From an uncultured Verrucomicrobiae bacterium (GTDB lineage Bacteria > Verrucomicrobiota > Verrucomicrobiia > Chthoniobacterales > JAATET01): a stretch of 64,000 nucleotides of DNA. A model generated the notes under the pieces. That model saw only the letters and a list, made by a program, of their open reading frames with translations, was not told the origin of the DNA and searched no databases. Both the position numbers and the translations under genes were made by a program. The first letter of the stretch is position 1. Each line of letters begins with the position of its first letter. Location of the stretch: positions 1 through 64,000 of the forward strand of contig CAVRCI010000012.1 in assembly GCA_963719495.1 (NCBI GenBank), written 5' to 3'. This document shows, piece by piece, positions 57,913-64,000 of this stretch.

Positions 57913-60165
57913 ATGAATCCATCCCTGCTCTCCGACGCGGACTATTATCCGTTGGTCGAAGCCCGGCACGACGACCCCTTCCGCATCCTCGGCATCCGCG
58001 GCACCGATAAGGCCAAAATCGCCCGCGTCTTCCGCCCCGACGCCAAGTCCGTCACCCTCGTCGAATCCGGCGGATCCGAGCGCAAGATCGAGTTGAATCG
58101 CGCCGGCGACGGCGGCGTCTTCGAAGCCGAGCTCGGCAAGGACGCCCCCATCGGCTATCACCTCGATTACACCGGATTCAACGGCGAGACTTGGTCCCAG
58201 CTCGACCCCTACGCCTTCGGCCCCGTCCTCGGCGAGATGGACATCTACCTCTTCGGCGAGGGCACCCATTACGACGTTTACAAGAAGCTCGGCGCCCACC
58301 CGATCGAGCACGACGGTGTTCGCGGCGTCCACTTCGCCGTCTGGGCCCCAAATGCCCAGCGCGTCAGCGTCGTCGGCGACCTCAACCACTGGGACGGTCG
58401 CGTCCACCCCATGCGGAAGATTCTCTCCGCTGGCATCTGGGAAATTTTCATCCCTGAGCTCGGCGAAGGTGACCACTACAAATTCGAAATCCGCGGCCCG
58501 CAGGGCGACGTCAACCTCAAGACCGATCCCTTCGCGACCTACGCCCAGCACGGCACCTCCACCGGCTGCATGGTCTTCGACCTCGACCGCTACAAGTGGG
58601 ACGACGGCGACTGGATGAAGGCCCGCGAAACCCGCGACCATCTCAATTCCCCCATGAGCGTCTACGAGGTGCACCTCGGCTCCTGGCAGCGCGTGAGCGA
58701 GGATGGCAATCGCGAGCTCAGCTACCGCGAACTCGCCGACCGCCTCATCCCCTACACCAAGGAAATGGGCTTCACCCACCTCGAGCTCATGCCCGTGATG
58801 GAGCATCCGTTCGACGGCTCCTGGGGCTACCAGGTCACGAATTACTACGCGCCCACCAGCCGCTTCGGTAATCCCGACGAATTCCGCAACTTCGTGGACC
58901 GCTGCCACCAGGAAGGCATCGGCGTCATCCTCGACTGGGTCCCCGGCCATTTCCCCAAGGACGCCCACGGCCTCGCGAAATACGACGGCACCTGCCTCTA
59001 CGAGCACGAGGACCCGCGCCTCGGCGAGCACATGGATTGGGGCACCCTCATTTTCAACTACGGGCGCAACGAGGTGAAAAACTTCCTCATCGGCAACGCC
59101 CTCTACTGGATGGACGAATACCACGTCGACGGCCTCCGCGTGGACGCGGTCGCGTCGATGCTCTACCTCGACTACTCCCGCAAAGCCGGCGAATGGGTGC
59201 CCAACCGCTTCGGCGGACGCGAGAACCTCGAAGCCGTCGATTTCCTCAAGCGCTGCAACGAAGTCTGCTACGAGCGCTTCCCCGGCATCGTGACCATCGC
59301 CGAGGAATCCACCTCCTACCCCGGCGTCTCCAAGCCGACCTACCTCGGCGGCCTCGGCTTCGGCTTCAAGTGGAACATGGGCTGGATGAACGACTCCCTG
59401 CGCTACATCGCGCTCGACCCCATCCACCGCCGCTACCACCAGAGCGAGATCACCTTCTCGATGGTCTACGCCTTCTCCGAGCACTTCATGCTCGTCCTCA
59501 GCCACGACGAAGTCGTCCACGGCAAGGGCTCGATGATCGGGAAAATGCCCGGCGACGATTGGCAGAAGTTCGCCAATCTCCGCATGTTCATCGCCTGGAT
59601 GTGGGGCCACCCCGGCAAAAAGCTCATCTTCCAGGGCATGGAATTCGGCCAATTCGCCGAGTGGAACCACGCCCGCAGCATCGACTGGCACCTCAAGGAC
59701 TCCCACCTCAACGCCGGCATGAGCCGCCTCGTGCAGCACCTCAACTGGCTCTACCGCAGCGAACCCGCCCTCTTCGACCAAGACGATTCCTACGACGGAT
59801 TCGAGTGGATCGACTTCAGCGACGCCGACAACACCGTCTGGTCCTTCATGCGCAAGTCGAAGGACGGCGATAAGCTCGTCTTTATCGTCAACGCCACCCC
59901 GGTGGTCCGGCCAAATTACCGCGTCGGCGTGCCACTCGGCGGATTCTACGCGGAAATTCTCAACACCGACGCCGGCAACTACGGCGGCAGCAACGTCGGG
60001 AACTACGGCGGCAAATACGCCGATCAGCAACGCTGGCAGGACCGCGACCACTCGATCCTCGTCGACCTCCCACCCCTCGCCGTTGTCGCCTTCAAATACC
60101 GGGACAATGCCCCCTCCACCCCGGCACTCGAAGCGACCCCAAAACCGAAGGCCCTCGAGACCTGA
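57913..60165 (+). CDS. glgB: 1,4-alpha-glucan branching enzyme
   Basis: FAVWAPNA, YEVHLGSW, SWGYQ, LDWVPGHF, LRVDAVASM, IAEES, LSHDEVVHGK. Confidence 0.98.
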   Translation: MNPSLLSDADYYPLVEARHDDPFRILGIRGTDKAKIARVFRPDAKSVTLVESGGSERKIELNRAGDGGVFEAELGKDAPIGYHLDYTGFNGETWSQLDPYAFGPVLGEMDIYLFGEGTHYDVYKKLGAHPIEHDGVRGVHFAVWAPNAQRVSVVGDLNHWDGRVHPMRKILSAGIWEIFIPELGEGDHYKFEIRGPQGDVNLKTDPFATYAQHGTSTGCMVFDLDRYKWDDGDWMKARETRDHLNSPMSVYEVHLGSWQRVSEDGNRELSYRELADRLIPYTKEMGFTHLELMPVMEHPFDGSWGYQVTNYYAPTSRFGNPDEFRNFVDRCHQEGIGVILDWVPGHFPKDAHGLAKYDGTCLYEHEDPRLGEHMDWGTLIFNYGRNEVKNFLIGNALYWMDEYHVDGLRVDAVASMLYLDYSRKAGEWVPNRFGGRENLEAVDFLKRCNEVCYERFPGIVTIAEESTSYPGVSKPTYLGGLGFGFKWNMGWMNDSLRYIALDPIHRRYHQSEITFSMVYAFSEHFMLVLSHDEVVHGKGSMIGKMPGDDWQKFANLRMFIAWMWGHPGKKLIFQGMEFGQFAEWNHARSIDWHLKDSHLNAGMSRLVQHLNWLYRSEPALFDQDDSYDGFEWIDFSDADNTVWSFMRKSKDGDKLVFIVNATPVVRPNYRVGVPLGGFYAEILNTDAGNYGGSNVGNYGGKYADQQRWQDRDHSILVDLPPLAVVAFKYRDNAPSTPALEATPKPKALET

Positions 60166-60234
60166 AATTACGGCTCAATCTTCTGCCGAAACCATTGACG
60201 AAATCGCAAATGCACGTATCTTCACACAAAACTC

Positions 60235-60846
60235 ATGAAAATTAAAAAGTCCCCCTCCGCATTCACCCTCATCGAGCTCCTCGTCGTGATCTCGATCATC
60301 GCAATTCTCGCCTCGCTGGCGATTCCCGCCGTCACCGGCGCGCTCACCCGCGGCCAGATGGTCCAAACGCTCAACAACGCCCGCCAGCTCCAGCTCGCGA
60401 CGCAAACGATGAGTCTGGATACCTTCACCTCCGGCAACGGCATGGCTTGGACCTTCGATGACACGGGCGCTCCGGCCGATCTTTCAACGTTCTTCCTTAA
60501 TCTGACCCGGGATAACTATCTCACCGAAAATGATCTCAACAAACTCCTCACGGCTCCCGGCATCGGTCCGGGTGCCAGTGGAACGCCCACTGCTTCGAAC
60601 ATTGCATTCAAGATCTTCCAGGTTGCGGAGAATAACCCCGGCGATCAGCCGTTTGTCGTCACCAATAATTGGGCTGGAGGCGAGCTGACTCCCGATGCCA
60701 GCCCTTACGGCAGCAAGGGATTCGTTCTCTTCCGCAAAGGCGGTGAAGGCAACTTCTTCACGCGTCCTTCTGAGGCCGCGAACGTGATTCCAGATACCAC
60801 CGGCAGCGCAAATCCTGTGACTTACGTCGAAACTTTCATGCAGTAG
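60235..60846 (+). CDS. Type IV pilin/pseudopilin-like protein
   Basis: SA|FTLIELLVVISIIAILASLAIP prepilin motif. Confidence 0.88.
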   Translation: MKIKKSPSAFTLIELLVVISIIAILASLAIPAVTGALTRGQMVQTLNNARQLQLATQTMSLDTFTSGNGMAWTFDDTGAPADLSTFFLNLTRDNYLTENDLNKLLTAPGIGPGASGTPTASNIAFKIFQVAENNPGDQPFVVTNNWAGGELTPDASPYGSKGFVLFRKGGEGNFFTRPSEAANVIPDTTGSANPVTYVETFMQ

Positions 60847-60871
60847 TCGACATACCCGTTACTTATCCAAG

Positions 60872-60898
60872 ACGCCGGACCCGCGGGTCCGGCGTTTT
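60872..60898 (+). terminator. Intrinsic terminator after the pilin-like gene
   Basis: ACGCCGGACCC-GC-GGGTCCGGCGT followed by TTT. Confidence 0.65.
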
Positions 60899-60901
60899 CG
60901 T

Positions 60902-61696
60902 ATGCACATGAGACTATTTTCAACACTTCTCCTCGTTGCCGCGTTCTGCGTCGCTTGGACCGCTTGCGGCCCGGTGGCATCCACCTCGACCCTCACCGTC
61001 GGCATGGATCTCTCCTACCCGCCATTCGAGACCATCGACGAGTCGGGGGAGCCTTCCGGAATCAGCGTCGAAATCGCCGAAGCGCTCGGCGACTACCTCG
61101 CCCGACCCGTCCGGATCGAAAACATTCCGTTCGTCGGCCTCATCCCCGCTCTCCAGACCAACAAGGTTGATCTCGTGATTTCATCCATGACCGAAACCAG
61201 CGAACGCGCCGAATCGATCGATTTCTCCGACCCCTACCTCTCCACCGGCCTCGCGCTCCTCGTCGGAACCGAATCACCGATCACGTCGGCCGATGACCTC
61301 GACCAGCCGGAGCGCACCATCGCGGTGCGCCAGGGAACGACCGGCGAGACCTACGCCCGCTCGGCGTTCACCCAGGCCAAAGTCCTCGCCCTCGAGAAGG
61401 AATCATCCGCCGTCCTCGAAGTCATTCAAGGCAAGGCCGACGCCTTCATCTACGACCAGATGTCCGTCTGGCAGAACGCCCGCCAGCATCCCGGCGAAAC
61501 CAAAGCTCTGCTCCAACCCATCAAGGAAGAGTCCTGGGTAATCGGGATCAAGAAGGGCAACGACAGCCTTCGCGATCAGGTGAACGCCTTCCTCCGAATC
61601 TTCCGCTCCGCCGAAGGCTTCGAGCAGCTCGGCGACAAATACCTCGGCGACCAAAAAGAAGCCTTCGAGCGCGAAAACATCCCGTTCTACTTCTAG
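60902..61696 (+). CDS. Polar amino-acid ABC transporter substrate-binding protein (family 3), lipoprotein
   Basis: WTAC lipobox-like; VGMDLSYPPFE, GLIPALQTNKVD, TSERAESIDFSDPY, GTTGE. Confidence 0.92.
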   Translation: MHMRLFSTLLLVAAFCVAWTACGPVASTSTLTVGMDLSYPPFETIDESGEPSGISVEIAEALGDYLARPVRIENIPFVGLIPALQTNKVDLVISSMTETSERAESIDFSDPYLSTGLALLVGTESPITSADDLDQPERTIAVRQGTTGETYARSAFTQAKVLALEKESSAVLEVIQGKADAFIYDQMSVWQNARQHPGETKALLQPIKEESWVIGIKKGNDSLRDQVNAFLRIFRSAEGFEQLGDKYLGDQKEAFERENIPFYF

Positions 61697-62189
61697 AGCA
61701 CTTTCAAACTGGTTGGACGACTTGATCCGGCAAGCGGGGGGAGGGCGTCCCGCCCTCCTGATCCAAAAATTAGGACGAGACGTCCCCACCCCGTTTTCGT
61801 CGGCTCTTGCCGAGGTCGCCAGTGACTTTGAAATTGCGCTAAGCCGAAATCCGACGAAAGACAATCGCCGTTGGCAAAAATCCAACCCGGAGGGCGAGGC
61901 TCCGACCGAGCCGTATTCGCATCGCATCGCCGTCGACGAGCGGGAGATCAGTCGCTTCAGGCGCTGACGCAACGGCTCGGCGGGAGCCTTGGCTTCCACT
62001 CACGAGGGTCTCCGGGTGCAAAGGATCGTCGTTTGATGCCAGTCTCCCTTGGATATCGGACGCACTCCGAAGTTCGTGCCATCGGCTTCCAGCCGATCAC
62101 CGCCCGAAAATCAGCTTGAAGCCGATTCGACTCGATACCCGAAAGGGCGCAGTCGCCCGGAACTTTGGTGTGAGGCCCGAGATTCGGCC

Positions 62190-63050
62190 TCATTCCTCCG
62201 GCGCCAGGGCCGGGATCGCATACTCCCGCACGACCGCCATGTGCTGCATCTGGAAGCGCTCGCTGTCGCCCCGCCGCACCGGTTCCCCCAACGGCGCGAA
62301 GACCCGCGAGTCAAAGACCAACCCATGTGGAAATTCCTCCCCACCAACCGTCACCGGCACCTCGAAGCCGGCCAGCTCCTTCTCCGGCAGCACCCAGTCG
62401 TAGAGCTTTTCGCGCCTCGCATTCGTGTCGCCATCACCCGCCTGATCGACCGGCAGGTCACCATCCGTGGCGAAGACCTCCCCCAGGACCTCGATCGCCG
62501 GCGAATTCCTCGACGCCGTGTTGAAATCCCCGCCCAGCACGACCAGATCCTCCGGCGGAATGTCCGCCAGAAACCGACGCACCAGCTCCTCCGATTCCTC
62601 CACCCGCACGACTGATTTCTGCGAATACAAATGCACGCTGATCGCCCACAACATCCGCCCGTTTGGGAGAGCGATCTTCGCCCAGGCGAAATCGCGGTTC
62701 GTCTGCGTCGGATCGTCCCACTCGCCGGATTCGACGATGGGATACCGGCTCACAATGCCGTTCGGAATCCCCTCACCCTCCTCGCGAGAGAATTCAAACT
62801 CCTCGCCGAACGTGTCCCGAACCCATTCCGCCGTCGGCACCTCGCTGTTGAACTCCTGCATCAACGCAATGTCCGGCTCGAGAAACCGAAGAATCCGCGC
62901 ACCCGCACCCTCCGGATCCGCCGCCAGCGCGTAGGTCTGATACCGCCCGCTCGTCAGGTTCGAAGCGACGACCCGGACCTCGACCACCTCCGCTCCGACT
63001 GGCGGGGAAATCGCTAGCAACAGACAAGTCAGACGAATGAGCATTTTCAT
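62190..63050 (-). CDS. Secreted endonuclease/exonuclease/phosphatase family protein
   Basis: Signal peptide; ASN, LMQE, SRYPI, SVHL, GGDFN, YDWVL, QHMAV. Confidence 0.88.
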   Translation of the reverse strand: MKMLIRLTCLLLAISPPVGAEVVEVRVVASNLTSGRYQTYALAADPEGAGARILRFLEPDIALMQEFNSEVPTAEWVRDTFGEEFEFSREEGEGIPNGIVSRYPIVESGEWDDPTQTNRDFAWAKIALPNGRMLWAISVHLYSQKSVVRVEESEELVRRFLADIPPEDLVVLGGDFNTASRNSPAIEVLGEVFATDGDLPVDQAGDGDTNARREKLYDWVLPEKELAGFEVPVTVGGEEFPHGLVFDSRVFAPLGEPVRRGDSERFQMQHMAVVREYAIPALAPEE

Positions 63051-63061
63051 AAATTTGAAGA

Positions 63062-63089
63062 TTTAGGATCGTTTAACACCGAACCTAAA
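63062..63089. promoter_or_regulatory. Candidate operator in the AT-rich divergent promoter
   Basis: TTTAGGATCG-N8-CGAACCTAAA (9/10 inverted match). Confidence 0.4.
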
Positions 63090-63130
63090 AAATACTGGAT
63101 CAATTCCAAAGGTTCGATATGAGTCGAACT

Positions 63131-64000
63131 ATGATGGACGGGCGGATTCGATTGGAGAGAAAAAAACTCGTCGGTCTCGCGGCCCTGCTTCTGACCGTGA
63201 TCGGCTGTGAGAAGAGACCCGAAGCGCCCGCCCGCCCCGCCCCGTCGGTGACGGTGGCCCAGCCGGTGTCGGAGCGCCTGATCGAATGGAACGAATACAC
63301 GGCCCGGCTCGCGGCCGTCGAAGCGGTCGAGATTCGGCCACGCGTCAGCGGATACATCGACTCCGTCCACTTCACCGAAGGCGAGCGTGTCGCCGAGGGT
63401 GATCTCCTTTTCAGCATCGACCCCAGACCCTTCGTCGCCGAGGTCAACCGCGCGAAAGCCGGTCTCGCTCAAGCCAACGCCGCCGCCAGCCTCGGCCGGG
63501 CGAACCTCAAGCGCGCCATCGAGCTGGCCCGGACGCAGGTGATCTCCAAGGAGGAGGCCGACATCCGGCAATCCGAATCGCTTCAGGCCGACGCCGACGT
63601 CGAGGAGGCGCGGGCCAACCTCGACGCCGCGACTCTTCAGCTGGACTACACCAAAATCTCCGCCCCGATCTCCGGCATTGCCGGCCGTTACCTCGTGACC
63701 CGGGGTAATCTGATCCAAGGTGGATCGGGCCAGGGGACGCTGCTCACGACCGTCGTTCCGCACGATCCGATCTACGCTTATTTCGAAACCGACGAGGCGG
63801 CCGTCCTCAGTAGTATTCGCCGATTTTTCGAGGGGAAAATCGCGGGCCGCGGCGAGGAGGGCAGCCGTCCCATTGAAATGGAGCTGGCCGACGAAACCGA
63901 TTTTCCGCGGAGGGGTGAGGTCGATTTCATCGATAACCAGCTCGACACCGATACGGCGACCCTGCTGATTCGCGGGAAGTTCGAGAACGACAATTTCCTG
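63131..64000 (+). CDS. RND efflux periplasmic adaptor (MexE/AcrA-like), truncated by the window end
   Basis: Translated by eye: MMDGRIRLERKKLVGLAALLLTVIGC (lipobox)...EWNEYTARLAAVEAVEIRPRVSGYI...IDPRPF...LDYTKISAPISG. An alternative ATG lies at 63119. Confidence 0.92.
   Translation, partial: MMDGRIRLERKKLVGLAALLLTVIGCEKRPEAPARPAPSVTVAQPVSERLIEWNEYTARLAAVEAVEIRPRVSGYIDSVHFTEGERVAEGDLLFSIDPRPFVAEVNRAKAGLAQANAAASLGRANLKRAIELARTQVISKEEADIRQSESLQADADVEEARANLDAATLQLDYTKISAPISGIAGRYLVTRGNLIQGGSGQGTLLTTVVPHDPIYAYFETDEAAVLSSIRRFFEGKIAGRGEEGSRPIEMELADETDFPRRGEVDFIDNQLDTDTATLLIRGKFENDNFL

Noticed and set aside
61697..62189. Short ORFs between the SBP and EEP genes
   Set aside because: The region is a cluster of REP-like hairpins and the ORFs lack coding character.

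Overview
High-GC bacterial chromosomal window. It is most likely Verrucomicrobiota (inference from the nusA-infB-rbfA-nrnA-truB-ribF order without rimP, the PA14/DUF1800 fusion and the repeat style). It holds about 55 CDS. Housekeeping genes include xseB, dxs, ribF, truB, nrnA, rbfA, infB, nusA, nth, parB, lpxA, citrate synthase and glgB. Mobile DNA comprises one intact ISAs1 element (IRs plus 10-bp target duplication), a probable ISKra4-like remnant, and many intergenic REP-like hairpins and heptamer arrays. No rRNA, tRNA or CRISPR was seen. Best candidate for an undescribed system: 49.1-56.3 kb. It is a translationally coupled operon (FN3-TM protein, Na+:solute symporter, a 39-aa microprotein missing from the ORF track, an ATCase-like transcarbamylase lacking the aspartate side-chain-binding Arg/Gln, and an AsnB-like amidotransferase) divergent from an N-carbamoyl-amino-acid hydrolase and a cysteine amidase. 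Together these look like a make/import/degrade module for an N-carbamoyl amino-acid amide such as the osmolyte N-carbamoyl-glutamine amide (hypothesis). Second candidate: a furan/methyl-branched fatty-acid-type cluster (32.3-41.8 kb) that unusually contains two MGDG-synthase-like glycosyltransferases and a secreted TPR protein. All family assignments come from recognised motifs, not from database searches.
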